From assembly GCA_964035545.1 (NCBI GenBank), contig OZ037767.1, positions 10,364,581-10,428,580 of the forward strand: DNA of 64,000 bases, read 5' to 3'. The translations under genes and the position numbers were made by a program. How positions within the stretch are numbered: position 1 is the stretch's first letter; each line of letters begins with the position of its first letter. This document shows, in pieces, positions 14,001-29,000 of this stretch. This stretch comes from Bugula neritina. Its lineage: Eukaryota > Animalia > Bryozoa. The notes beneath the pieces were generated by a model that saw only the letters and a list, made by a program, of their open reading frames with translations, did not search any database and was not told where the DNA came from.

Positions 14001-17000
14001 TAATATAAATAAAACGTAGAGATCAATAGCATAGTTATACCCTTTTATATGCATTGCTACGCGATATCATAGATTGAAATATAATAGTTACAACGCGCAG
14101 TTAGTTGGCACTGTCCAATACTATTATGACTATTATAGAGTTGTCGTTCCTATTAGAGTTATTTCAATAGAGGAGACAACTCGAAATCATGGCATTTTCT
14201 TAACTTTAGGTACATTTTAAGAATAAAATTTGATAGTGTTATTGTTTGATTCATAATTATTGTTCTAAAATCACTATCTGCAAATCAAAATTAATTAGTT
14301 ACTTTAAATCTAGTGTTAGTAAAGTTAATGTTCAGTTTTAGTAAAGCTATGAGTGGCTAATAAAATCAGTACATTGTTCTGTAGTGTTTCGTGTGCATTT
14401 TAGAGTTCCCTCTCACTGTATAGTGACGCTCACCTTGTTATACTCGGTCTCCGTGGAGGTCAAGGTTTTATGCAGAATATTATAGAAGTGAGTGAGATGT
14501 GTTGGAGGTAACTTGAGGTAGTCAAACCTGAGACACATCTTTGCCAGCATCTGCAGTGCTATGATTTTACTAGCTTGATATTCTTCATCCAGAGAGAGAC
14601 ACTAGAGTAATACGGTATTACAGTATAGTATAATACGGTATTACAGTATAGTATAATACGGTATTACAGTATAGTATAATACAATACTACAGTATAGCAT
14701 AATGCGGCATTACAGTATAGTATAATACAGTATTGTATAATACAGTGTTACAGCATAGACTAACATTAGGATAGTCTGAGTTATTCACAAACATAACCGT
14801 CAGTAAAACACATTAGCTATAAGTCGGCTTATGTACAACATAACATATTCTTACTTTTATACAAATAGGAAAGAAGTAAAATACTGGTGAAGTTATCTCC
14901 CCTGGTTCCTGTGACGAGGTGTTATCTGCGGACACATTCATGTTATCACTCAGCTGCAAGAGGAAACAGAGTATGTGTGACAGAGCTGAGTATAAACTAT
15001 AAACTGTAGTGCATACTGTAGTGTATACTGTAGTCAGTACAGCTCACCTTCAATAACGTCTCTTGCAAGTCTGACAGATGCTCCATGACTCTCTCGTGAA
15101 CTTTGCACTCCTTTATGTCATTGACATCTCCCAGAATGCCGAGCATGCGCCTCCATAGCACCACGGCGACATCAGGAGTCCAGCCCGGGATCTGACCTCC
15201 AGTCAGCACACTTCGGTAATCTGCAGCAGTTATTCAACTGATTAATAATCTGCAGTAATTATTCAATTGATTGATATTCTGCAGCAGTTATTCGATTGAT
15301 TTAGCTTCAATTGTTGGATAAATGCGATGCCTAGAGTTGGTAAAATCCAATTGTGCAAAGATGGTTAAAAATCAACAGATCTTCTACAAACTTGCGTGCA
15401 TTTATATCATTAGAAGCTTTCCCAAGGTCATCTAGTCTACTTTAAGATAGGTGAACCAAACAAGCAACTTATTATATGATGTTTGGCGACACCCGAATTC
15501 TGATATATTTTTGTACCAGTTTGTCCCCTTATATTAGACGATATATTTTTACAATTCGCAAAACACTCTGCCAGTTAGTCTCGGTAAATCTCAAGTCTTC
15601 TAATGAGTAAGAGTGTTGCGGACAGAGCACCTTTGATAGAGATTGCAAGACCAAAGGCTAAACAAATTTATAAGTTATACACTGAGAGTTTCTGCACAAG
15701 ACTGATTTACTAGTATACACTGTGCTATAGAATGACGCAGGTAGAATGGTAAATACTATACAGGGCTGTTACAATGTCAACCAGAGGTCATGTCTTGCTA
15801 TACCTAACAGCTATAATTAGTAGATATAAGTGAACCATGCATTTCCCTATTATTGTCATAGTCAGCATCTACATACAATAATGCTTGTGTAGTGTTGGTA
15901 AAGTGTCAGTTAGTTGCTAAATTCCAGTGTTATTATCTTTTTATATTCATAGTAGTCGTACCAAATACATCAACATGTAATACATTACAAGACAGCACCA
16001 TCTTGCCACATACCATCGTATACTATTATAACAAGGGCAGAGGTAGACATGCTCTGTATGTAAACACCTACTCTCTTCTATAGTTATAATTTCCTTGTCG
16101 ATGCTGCCGGTATGTTTGAGAGCCAACGACTCATTGTCGTATATGGCAGCGTCAGCGGCCATGGAGTCTTGCTTCAGAAAGTGAGAGATTTCGTCTGGTA
16201 AGTATTGAGTCAGATCATTGGATGTGGGGGAAGACGACTGTGACCTTCTGCTTTCTGTCAAGAGAACTTAGTCTACGAGTGACGAGTTATAAGAAATTTT
16301 TTATAAGAAAATTTGTTGAAATCTAATTTGAAATTACATGGAGTAGCACAAAAATAAAATTTTTTTTCCATCACCTAGCTGTAAGAAAAAACCAGATTAA
16401 GTGGTGAGCTGTAAGTGCAGTAATGGAGGAATTAGGAAAAGCCTGTGTTTTAGATGAGAAATATAGTCAAAGAAGTTATACTCTTGTGAGAACTTCAACC
16501 AGGACCCGAACTAAAATCTATAAAGATAATTACAAAAATTAAGCTATAAAAATCTCTCCATTACTGTACATATACCTTGTACATTGATTGCAGAATCACA
16601 AGAAAAAAATAAATGCAAAAGCCAACCTGACATGATGGGAATAGTAGAAGTTTCACTGGCGTCACCGTAAGAGATCATGCTGTTGGTGTCTTCCCCAGAT
16701 TCTGACACTGTAAAGGTGAAGACAGAACATTCTAGAAGGTATTCTGATACTGTGGAGGTTATAGTATAATGATTCTGGTGCAACAAGTATTAGACAACTA
16801 GACAAGTAAGCAAAGAACATTCTAGAAGGCACTTACTGATGCTGTATCCACCCTCCGAACTGAATCTGCTGTTGTTACTGACTGAACTGTCATTACGAGG
16901 TTTCAGTCTGGAGTGTGAGGTAGCCGATACGAAGCTATCACTTTCACTGGGAGTTCTACTGCGGTGGGCCTTCACCCCGTCCCTCTCTTCTATCATGTCA

Positions 17001-20000
17001 GTGTCAATGGAAAGAACTACCCCAGCAGTGGCTGTGTTAGCACCAGTTTTATCAGTGGAATGTGTAGGGGGTTTGCTGTTTGTGGTGGAGCAGCTTGTAT
17101 CTGTTACCAGAATGAAAGTACGATGCGTGTGACAGAGATTCATAAATCAGATATTCCATTGGATAGTAATTTTATCAATATAAACTGGAAATATAGCAGA
17201 CTCGTTCAACTAGAATCAGCGTCCAGCATCGTAAAATATTAGAAATAATCAGCACTTTAAAAGAAAATTTTAAAATGAAAATTATCAAATATCAACTTAA
17301 GCAATGGAAATTTCTTTTCCACTAAAACATGCCTGAGAGTAAGACGAAAGCTTTTATGTAGTACGAGTGAAACAGGAAATATGATATTAGTGTAAGTGAT
17401 GTAATGAAATGTGTATATATATATACCATGTATAGAAATATGATATTGGTGTAAGTGATGCAGTGAAATGCGTATATATATACCCTTTATAGAGATAGAT
17501 ATTGGTGTAAGTGATGTAATGAAATGCGTATATAAATACCCTTTATAGAGATAGATATTTGAGAATCTTTTTCAATATTCTCGGTGAATGCAGAATCCTT
17601 GCCGTCACTTGGTCCTTGTACTGCAGGATCATCAGGAACGTCTTCCTTACCATCTGCACCAACCAGTGTACCGGTCGACCCAACTACACGTCACAAAAAT
17701 CTGATGTTAGTTCAGCAGCTCACTACTTACTCATGAGTCAACAGTTCAAAACACACTGTGTTTTGCTGACATTCCATACTTCATACAATTACTCTTTCTT
17801 GCAGGCCCATTTCTGTGCTTCACATTGAAACCAATTTAGTAGGCAATACAGAAAGAAAAGAACAAGAATCGCCAAAACTTACCATTTTGCATCCTTTTAT
17901 TCGTTTGTTTTATGCTGCAAAGCTATTTTTAAATTCAATCATATTAATGATGCATATAGAAGAGAGAAACATGGAAGACCTGTTTGTGTATTAAGCAAAG
18001 TGCAATATTGTCCTAGCCTGGGAGACCCAACCAAGAAGAAGATACACACATATTTACTTTAGTAATAAGTACCTTTTAGTTTGTCTAAAGGTCCTGAGAG
18101 ATTACCATCGCTGCTACTTCTGGTCAGCTGAGAAGAAAAGGAGTGTATAGCCTCAGTGAAGGCTCTACTCCTACGGGGCGCTTCATCACTACTTTTGGCT
18201 GCCCCTGTCAGGACAGTATACAGTGAGGATGGTCAAGAGGCTAGGGTGTTGTAAACGACTTACATTTAACCTACACTAAACTAATCCAGCAGCTAATATA
18301 ATTAGTATTGGTTACTGGAAGTAGTATTAGTTGAAAGAAGTAGTATTAGTTACCAGAAAGTTGAAGAAGGGCTAGAACATTGAATTTGTTGTAAGAAATA
18401 TAGAAAAGGAATTCAAAAACCACCAACATTGAATTTTAGTTACTAAATGAATAGAAAAGAGCACCATCAGGCCTGGAGGTTAAAGGTCATATGATAGGTG
18501 TGAGCACTGAACAAGATATTAAGAAAGAGGTGTCAGTGTGTAGGTTACTTATCTGATTAGTGAATTAGTACATGACTACGGGTTACTTTATTTAGTACAC
18601 ACCGAATATCTTCATTTCCCGCCTATTTTATAAAATCTAGCTGCTAATATATCAGTGTTTTGTCTAAAACTAATTAAGTGTTAACAAATAATTAAATATT
18701 TGCCCAGTTATGTTTTATTTTTTGCACTTTTTGTTACATTTTTAGTCAAAATCAGAATTTTTCATACAAGAAAATGCTAGCCTATATAATGTTGTAATTT
18801 TCTTAATCTACAAATGGTACAGCTTTTAATTCTTCAAATGAAATACAAACTATACCAATGTTCTCATCTAATAACAATAATAATATAAGCCAAATATTTA
18901 TTTAAGAATAGTTTGTCACTATTGGCAACCTCATCTATTTAGGCAATATGGCAATAAGCTTTTTTCCTACACGTATTTGAAATCGGCATATAAAAATATT
19001 ACCCAATATTATATTTTTTATAAATTGTAAACAAATTTTAAGTTTTTGTCCTAATTTTTCAGTGTGTATTAAATAAAGTAAAATAGCCTTTAGGTGACAG
19101 GAAAGAAGTGAGCAAATATTAACATTCAACAAAGAAGAGGCACATCTTCAAATATTACCATCAACTTCATCAAACTCATCAGCTAAAGTGCTTTCACTGT
19201 CTTCAGTCGTACTCCTCGATAGAAGTTGGGCACGAAAATTACTCGCTGAATCAAATCGGCTATATGCCCGGGAGAAGGTAGCCTTCTTACTCGCAGCAGT
19301 GGAAGAAGAAGCTGAAAAGATAAGTAGGCCTGCACAAACCCCTCCATACCCGCTGCCAATAATCGCTGCCAGTACACAGAGATAAATAGCATAAGCAACA
19401 TTCCACCAGCAGGAGTGGGATTTATCCTCTCTATATCCAGCGCATTGAGAATGTTGTTTAAAAAGCTCGATAAAGAGGTGTAAGCATCAAGGGAGATGGA
19501 AACATATTTTCAGCAGCAATACCAAATATTTAAGTTTGGCATTTAGATTTCAGTGGCTGTAAATCATACAGAACACTAACTTAGGGACGTGCTTCCCCTG
19601 CCCTACACACTGTCCACTCTGAGTGCTAACACATAGGTATGGCTATGTTACTATTAGAGAATAAGAAAGCAGGCTAACGGCAAAATTGTTACCATTGAAC
19701 AAAATGGCTAGTGTTTAACATTACTCTACTGTAATTCTAATAAAAATTCAAACAAAATTAATGAAAAGTTTTGCTAATGCTACAAAATTTTCATGAAAAT
19801 AAATCATTACTGAAACTTTTGCCTAAGCATTTCACAGATATATTTTCTAGAAGATTCTACCAAAGGAATAAGAGTTGGGGTATAGAGTAGTTAGTAGCCA
19901 GTAGCCAAGTACAGCGGATAATAGCGCTTGCAGAGCTTCTCAACTCAACTAAATGGAAGTAGGAAGCACTAAGCAGCCCCCCTTAACCAGCTAGATGTGA

Positions 20001-23000
20001 CCAGTTCATTCACAAACCTTTACAGCTCCCTAACATCTATCACTTCTACCACATTTCAAATAATATAACAAGTTCATAAATGTTCTCACATAATTTTGTT
20101 TTCCTTTTCTAATTATTTCAGAACTATTTTTTATAATTTTTCCCATATATGCATAACTCACGCTGCTTCCACCTTTGGCGTTTGCTTTTCTGTTCACTGA
20201 GTCTATCAAGAGGCAGGTCTTGTAGGTTCAACTTATACACCTGTTTGGCCAGCACTCTAGTTAGAGTTTCCATGGTTTTCTGCAATGTATATCATAGTAA
20301 TTATAGTGAGTAGTCCACAGAGTGAGTAATACCAGAGTGAGTAGTACACAGAGTGAGTAGTGCACAGAGTGAGTAGTACGCAGAGTGAGTAGTACACAGA
20401 GTAAGTAGTACACAGAGTGAGTAGTACGCAGAGTGAGTAGTACACAGAGTGAGTAGTACACAGAGTGAGTAGTACACAGAGTGAGTAGTACACAGAGTGA
20501 GTAGTACACAGAGTGAGTAGTACACAGAGTGAGTAGTACACAGAGTGAGTAGTACACAGAGTGAGTAGTACACAGAGTGAGTAGTACACAGAGTGAGTAG
20601 TACACAGAGTGAGTAGTACACAGAGTGAGTAGTACACAGAGTGAGTAGTACACAGAGTAGAGTGAGTAGTACACAGAGTGAGTAGTACACAGAGTGAGTA
20701 GTACACAGAGTGAGTAGTACACAGAGTTAGTAGTATACAGTGAGTAGTACACAAAGTAAATAGTACACAGAGTGAGTAGTACACAGAGTGAGTAGTGCAC
20801 AGAGTGAGTAGTACACGGAGTGAGTAGTATACAGAGTGGGTAGTACATGGATAATTGATTCAGAATTGACATGTGCAGCAGACCAAGCTGTTATTTTATT
20901 TAAATTCACTCAATACAACTAGCTGTCTGCTGTGTTGGCCAGCATTGGCCAAGATTTGGTTGCTTCTAGAAGTTGTTGAATTAATATCAGGTGTAATAAT
21001 TGCTCTGACAGTACATATTATAGTTTGTATGACTATATGATACCCATAAAGGCCATATTATCAGTGACAATGGAGAGCTTCTGTGTTTAATCACATAGCT
21101 GAACACTGCCTAATTATCTGCACATAAGTTTTGGGCAAAACCTACTCTTTCCTAATCACTGCGTTCACTGGATAAATTCCTACTAGACTCTAGAGAGTTG
21201 ATATAACTTACCGCCCACTCCTTAATAAGCTCCTCCCATTGGCACAAGGATGACAAGACAGAGAGCAGCTGGTCCCAGAGGTGAGATGACATCTGTATAC
21301 AGAGATTGGCTTTGATCCAAGAGACAATCAGAGTCTACATATCAAACATCAACATGTGTTACATTTCAGATAACTATTATCTTTCCAGGCAACAGTGTTT
21401 TCCATATAATGATGCCTTTCCAGAAAACGGTGTCTTTTAAAAACAGCGTCTTTTTAAAGAACAATATTTACCATAAGCTATGTGATCCATATTATTATGC
21501 ATATTAATAATTAATTTATTATATTGTTATATTATTTATGTATTAGTATAGTATTAGTATACCATGCATATATATAAATATACATACTTGCAATAGAGAA
21601 GCAGCTAAGTGTTTGCCTAACAGAGCATCTTCCTGGCCGAGAATGTATGAAGTAATCTTTAGTAGGACGACTAGCAACTGTTCCCATGTTTTGTTATCCA
21701 ACTCGATGTTCATAACCATGTACCTGTATATGTTGAGAACTCTACGGCACAGGTCTACCTACAACGGCATAGCCGAATCGTTATGTACATAACATGCACT
21801 GATCAAAGTTTCCTGCAACAAAATTAATTTGAAACGAAACTTGAGACACATTTCTCTGGCATCCTTAAATCCCCAAAGATGGAGTTACGGCAAATTTAGC
21901 TGATATCTGAAGAGCCGAACTGGAATATTTATCAAAGTCTTGGCCTGAAAAAATAGCTTCATCTGTTCTCGGCATACTGAAATAGTGCTGGGCAGATCAC
22001 AAAATGATCAGTATAATTGGTACAGCATAAACCATCAATCAGCGGAAAAGTAGAAACATACACAAACCAAATGCCATGATTGGTACCGTACCAGCATAAT
22101 CAAAGGTAAAGTACATTTAAAATGATCAAATTTAAATTAATTATTCACGGAGCACTATATTACAGATCTACTCAGCACAACGAGTTTTACAATGCATACA
22201 CACAACAGTTCAAATAAGTATCCGCATGGCAGAGTTTTAGGCAACCTACAAATGCCATGACTATAGCAATATGTACAGGTCTTAGTTTAAGTAGTTGTCG
22301 TATATCAAATTTTCATTTCATCAGCCGTTCAACTGCAGCTTCTAAAGCACTCTACAGTCTTCTGAGCAATTCTGTATAAAGGGTAAACAACCTAGGAGGG
22401 AAGCACCCGCTAAGGAAAGCCTACTCCCGACTTACAACTCAATCAGTTACAGCAGCCAGCATAGCTATGCGAACATTTATTATACGTAACAGACACTAGA
22501 TTCCCACAAAACCTCCGAAATTTAGTGCATCTGCAAGATCTTTATGTAATGCAAAGTTGAAGAGAAATTGAGATGTGCCAAGAGATTTGTGTTAGCAGAG
22601 ATATTACAGAATGGTGAATGTGTGCAAAGAGATTTGTGTTAATAGAAAGATTACAAAGTGGTGAATGTGTGAGAAAAGATACATGTTTGTAAACTTGCTT
22701 CTGTGGACATTGGCCGTCAAAATCGGATAATTGTGAAAATACTGAATTAGGCATATATGGGCAGTAGTAGCCGTATATGGGCAGTAGTAGCCGTATATGG
22801 GCAGTAGTAGCCGTATATGGGCAGTAGTAGCCGTATATGGGCAGTAGTAGCCGTATATGGGCAGTAGTAGCCGTATATGGGCAGTAGTAGCCGTATATGG
22901 GCAGTAGTAGCGCAATGAGTATAGCAAGCATACTTACACCATACTCTTGTGCCTACACAGAACAGAACACCTAGATATGAAGGCATCACCCTTATACATG

Positions 23001-26000
23001 TGTGTACATGGCCCTATGCATATACATCAACTAGAATGTCCTTTTCCAACCTCCAACACCACACAACACCATATCTCCCACACTCACTCTCTCTCTCATA
23101 TTTTCTCTCATACCATTCTTTTTCTCGCCACTCTTTCCCCAACCCGCTATCTCACCCTCCCTCTCTCTTTTTCTTCCCTATCTCCCTCATCACTAACTAA
23201 CCCAATATAATCAAGACTTCTACATGAAGTCTTCCAACACCCACCTGCATGCTCAAGGAATCCTTGTTAGGATTGATCATAAACACAAAAGCTGAATGTT
23301 TAATGAAAAGAACGAGAGAGTTTTGTAGGCCTGCTTGCACAATGCTCTCTCTTAGGTCATCTGCGGCTTTTAACTTGAAACTGGTTCTCTTGTATGCCAG
23401 GTCCTACAACAACACAACAGTTACTACAAACTGGTGGAATAACCTATACTGATGCTACCTGAATTACTTCAAGTACAGGTAACATCACTATGCTGACCTT
23501 GTGCTTTCCACAACTGCATTTTAAAGACTATACTACTCACTAATAACAACTACACTCAAATACATGCAAGAGGTAATGTCTCAATACCATTGGATCTCCA
23601 GTAAGTTACCATGTTCACAGATTTAGTTTGAAACAGCATCTCTTTGAAAATACTTTTTAGAATACAACCTTTTAAGAAGACACAACTCTATCTAACTTTT
23701 GATTCATTTAAGTGGGAACCTGCTTGAAGACACTTGATTGGCCGACCATCAAGATGCACAGACATTAGAAGCAAAGCAAGCCTGTTTACGCACAAGATGA
23801 AAGTTACAAAGAAATATTATATTTTTGCATAGAAAATATCTAACTATACTTGGAATTTCAGGCATTGCATTTATCGTATTGATGCCTAAGTCGTGCAGAA
23901 AATGATATTAGTAAGGACCGTGCGAGTTGAGCTTCAATGTTAGTAATAACCTACACTAAAAAGTGCAATATATACAATGTTAAGCATATAACAGCTGTAA
24001 CAGCTAGCAAGACTGTAGTTTCCATTAAAACTGGACTAAGATTATGACATATTATAGTCTTTCAGCCAATTGAGAAGTTAACCACAGTAGGAATTTTCGA
24101 CTACAGAACTACACTCGGACCCATACTTTCAACTCCTGCACATGAAAGAGCTGGACATTATCATGCAAACTTTATTCTAACATGATTAGTATCTTCAATT
24201 TAGTTCACGAATAAAATGGTACGTTAGTTATATGGTAACCAAATCATATCACTTTATTATTTAAAAATTCCAACATATAACAGGCTGCAATGTTTGCTTG
24301 TATGTTATGTTCAGCTCAATCCAAAACAAATAAAGTTGATGCCTAAAACCGAAAACAACCAAACAAAAAGTTTGAAACAATTGGTTGTCACTACATTCAT
24401 ACCATACCTTCGACAGGTTTGAGCCCTGCAAGCGTAACATTTACATAAAATAAGAAAAATTCAAAGAAACTTAAATTATGTGACATGCGCAGTAAGAGTC
24501 AACAACAGATAGAAGTACATCTAATGTTTGCTTTATAATATTTAGCTCTAGTTAACTAATTTCAATTTGGTTTTCAACTGAGAAAAGCTGCTTTTTGTTG
24601 CTGTAAAATAACTTACTTGAATAAAACTTAGGGAAGTTAGTATAAAACAATATAAACACGGTCATTAGCAATCATTGAAGTATCAAATAACCAGGTAGTA
24701 GTGCATTGTAACTTGTAAAGTTAAACTGTAAGATAGTGAGACTAGCTGTAGAATTCTGTTGAGAGAGAAGTGAACTGCTAGTCAAACACAACAGCCGGCT
24801 ATAAAAAGAGATAACTAGCACCAACTGGTATCTAGCTAGCAAAACAGGCACATGGTTTAGCTGCAGGATCTAAGCATAACAGGAAAACAGCTTCAAAGGC
24901 AAATATGTAAACTAGATTTGCTTCAATAGTTATGAAGAAATAAACATACTACTTCATCTAGAGAACTGTCGGGGCCTGCAGTTGGCTCTTGCATAAATGT
25001 GGGTCTTGCTTCGGGAACCTGGGCAATAGAGTGAATTGTTACAACATCATGGCAAGCAAACAAACAACAACAAACAACAACAAATAGCACAGCATTTCAT
25101 TATGGAGAGGAAAAGGAAAGACAACACACAAAGCAGTGCAATAGTTGGCCTGGGATGCTTTAAAAGTAAACAGTTGATATAAATATTCATAAAATAATGG
25201 CAAAAAACAATGAATTGAGAAAATAGTATAGACCTGCAGCCAGTCTTTGTACACTAACACCACTCTTCTTACTGCACCCGCATGTGTTAGAGGCAGCATA
25301 AAAGCCTACAATATACCAGATTGACAAGTGTCAGTATAATAAAAATTACATAGAAAAACGCAGCAATAGATGAAACAGTTTTACTAACTGAGGTTTGGAA
25401 TTCACTGCGACAGCTGTAACACGAAGCAAATGGAATATCATATTATCTCTTCTGGTGAATGTAAAGCACCTTATCAACATAATTATTTTAGTTGCAAGTG
25501 AGGATTAGAAAATACAGCCAGTCCTTATTACTGGACACTGTACACAAAACATATGCTGCCAGAATCATCAGGTGTGATGCCAATACAAGCAGCTGGTGAA
25601 TCAAGTCGTGAGCTGACACATTTATGCTGTCAGTGGAATGATATAATACCCGTACAGCAGCAATCAGTTGTCACTAACCTGACGAAATATTTCATGGACA
25701 ATGTTTATGTTATTTCTGTCACCAAGGAGCACCTTGTACACGATGTCATGCTGACTAACGTTCACGCTGTTTTCCTCCATACTCATCCCTTCAACTCCTA
25801 AACAAATACACCAACAACTATCATATTTCAAAATGAGCTTCAGTAGCTAAAAAATTTCATTCAATGAGTGAGTCATTGTAAACCAAGTATAGGAAGTGGC
25901 TGAGTTAGCCTCAGTGAGCAGCTTTTAAAAATTATTTTGAAACAACATTTGCGGTGTAATTACAGAATTGCCTTTTCAAAGGAAATCAGTATGTTACACA

Positions 26001-29000
26001 ACTTCAATTAGGAGGGGGTGAGGGAAATATTCACAATAATGCCTGAAACATGTTGCTATATTAACATACATGTGAAGGTGGAGATAATTTCCTATGTTTA
26101 TCAAAAGCGTACCATCCAGAAATATTTTACAGCTGTACTAAATGTATTACTAATAGACATTATGTATTATGGTATAGATGATTACTAGATAGTATGCATT
26201 ATAATATTATGGATGATTGTTAGATAGTATAGATGACTACTAGACATTATGTATTGCAGTATAGTTATATTATAGTATAGATAATTATTAGTATAATATA
26301 TACTCGTAAGTATTTTGCCTACTAGATGGCGTTGTTGTGACGTGGTCTAGAGATCCGTTAGTTAGAGTTCCGCTCTTACTATCCAGTGTGGCTGTATCCC
26401 CTTCCTTCAGCGTACCCACCCCTTCCTGCTCCAAGTCTGTAGACTCATGGCTAGGCAACTCCTCTCTAATAACATATCAAAGTTACATAATAGTGGGCAG
26501 CATAATGTTATTAAATCTATCAGGTTAGCATTTGACTAAAAATTGAGTCTTCAAAACAGCAAATTTGTTGACGAAAAGGCAACACAACTCCAACAGATTT
26601 AATAAAGTTATGTAAATTATTACGAGAAAGAAGTGCTTGTGTGTGCATTGAAGCAAAACTCATATTATATTATATTACTATATTACATTACTACTATATT
26701 ATATTACTACTATATTATATTATTACTATGTTATATGCCTATTATATTATATTATTACTATGTTATATGTCCACTATATTATATTGTAGTATTATTATAT
26801 TACTACTACACTATATTGCAGTATAATTATACTATATTATCACAACTATTATACGACTAATATAATATCACTATTACATTACTGTTAAATTACATTATAT
26901 TACTACTATATTATATTACTATTACATTACTGCTACACTATATCGCTATTGTTACTATTATATTATTATGTTAGTTTATAGTGTAATTTGTCTTCTGAAG
27001 GGATTTCCACTGAAAGGTCCAGTAAACGACGCGGGACTCTTAAAACAGTGACATTTATTGCTTTTAGGGCTCACAGGAAGCTGGTAGTAAAACATATCCA
27101 CTATTTGTTAGTGAGAAATAATAAATAAATCTGCCACAGAATGTACTGTATAACTAGAGCAGATTGTGCTCTGCGCGTGCAATAAGCTGAAGAAGGTGTA
27201 ACTGTGTGTAACATATAGCACAACATCATAGAGTGGTGACTATGGCATATTTACAAACAGAATTTAGTAGCTACGATATGATCCTCCTTGCAGTGGTTGC
27301 TGAAGAAATAAAACATTTCGACTTGATGGCTAGACAAAATAATATATCTGATAACACAATACATAATCTCAAGACATTATCGCATGACTTTAGGCTGCTG
27401 TACAGTTTACGTATATATTGTAATATCGTAATAGCGTAATATAGTAAGATTGTAATATAGTAATACTGTAATAGTCCTCATTCTAGTCAGCAAAAAATTA
27501 AATGTTCGGTAAAATAAATTCCACAAATATATGACGACACAAAGTTAAAAGAAATTATTATCCCTGCTAGATATTTATTAGAGAATTGTGTCTTCCTACA
27601 TCACATGATTTATTCTTATACCTCATGATATTTTTGTTTTCCGTGAATTGAATTAAATCTCAGCCAGTTGCATAATGGCAATGCATTACCAAGACCATCT
27701 TATAACAAGCATGCAATATATATGCAGAGCCCAAACAGTATTAATGTGAGAGATAACTTTGGAAAAGTCTGCATTCTAAATGATAGAGTCAAATAGACCC
27801 TGCAAAAAGACCTTGCATCCAACAGAAAAAAACCTACGGACTATTAATGAACTTAGACCATTGCAATCGTTTCTTTACTGCATCAACATGATCCCAGACT
27901 TACAACTGCAGCCTTAATACTACAGTGCAAAGGAAATGGAGTATACTAAGTGAAAATAGTTATACCAACTACACAAGTGGGGAGCAAAACCTGAAACCTG
28001 CAGAAAACTAATTGAATGACTCAATCCCGAAATAATAAAAAAAAAACCAAAAGTTTATCTGATGAGATAAGAATACCCCGTACTTACTTATTAGCTTCAG
28101 GAAGTGAGAGGCTACGAGAAGACTGCACAAAGGTTGTGAACCACCTGATGACTACATCCTGGCAGTCACCGAGTACGTCTGCTCCGACTACGCTCTGCTC
28201 GGTGCCAAATTCGGGGAGATGATCTGAGACAAGAATACATTTCCAGTGAAACATGGCTGCCTGGTGCATGTGTATATGTACACACTGCATGTAGATGACA
28301 GTGTACATACACTTTACATATACGTAGAGTGTACATATACGTAAAATGTACATAAAGTGTACGTACACTGTGCGCGTAGATGACATGGTAACCAATAAAC
28401 TTACCTACTGACGTTGCATAGACTGACGTATTGACATCAAACTTGGGGAATATGACATTGAGGTAGTAAGTTTTGAAACTGTTGAACAGGAACCTAAAGG
28501 CTAACTCCTGCATTTCCAGATTATCCCATTGAACCTTTACAACCTAAAAACAGCGACAATACCAAGTATCTTGAATACAGCTCATGACTTTGTGTATAAT
28601 ATACTACAGCTAGCAGCTACAGCAAATACAATTCTTATATATAGTTTTCAATATGTTACGAAAGCTACCCAATATTATATTCTATAGAACATCAAATAAA
28701 TATCTAAAGCAATTAATCTGTTTGACAATATTTACAACTGAATTGACTAATTCTGTAAGGACAAATTGAAAGACTGCATTTAAAAAAGCAGGATTTGCAT
28801 TCACATTTCATTTGTTTTTTTAATTTCTGAGTCTACAGTGACCCCCCCCCCTCTCAATCTCCTAATTGATCATATATGATAGGAACTATGGGATACACCA
28901 TACTGTGGTAGCACAGACAGACATAGGGAGTGTGTGTTATTCAGACAGATAGCTCGGAGGGAGTTGCTTTCACTTAGTATGAACAGTAATCAACGCAGGG

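Noticed and set aside
20257-20872. Three overlapping repeat-protein ORFs
   Set aside because: Intronic minisatellite without stop codons.
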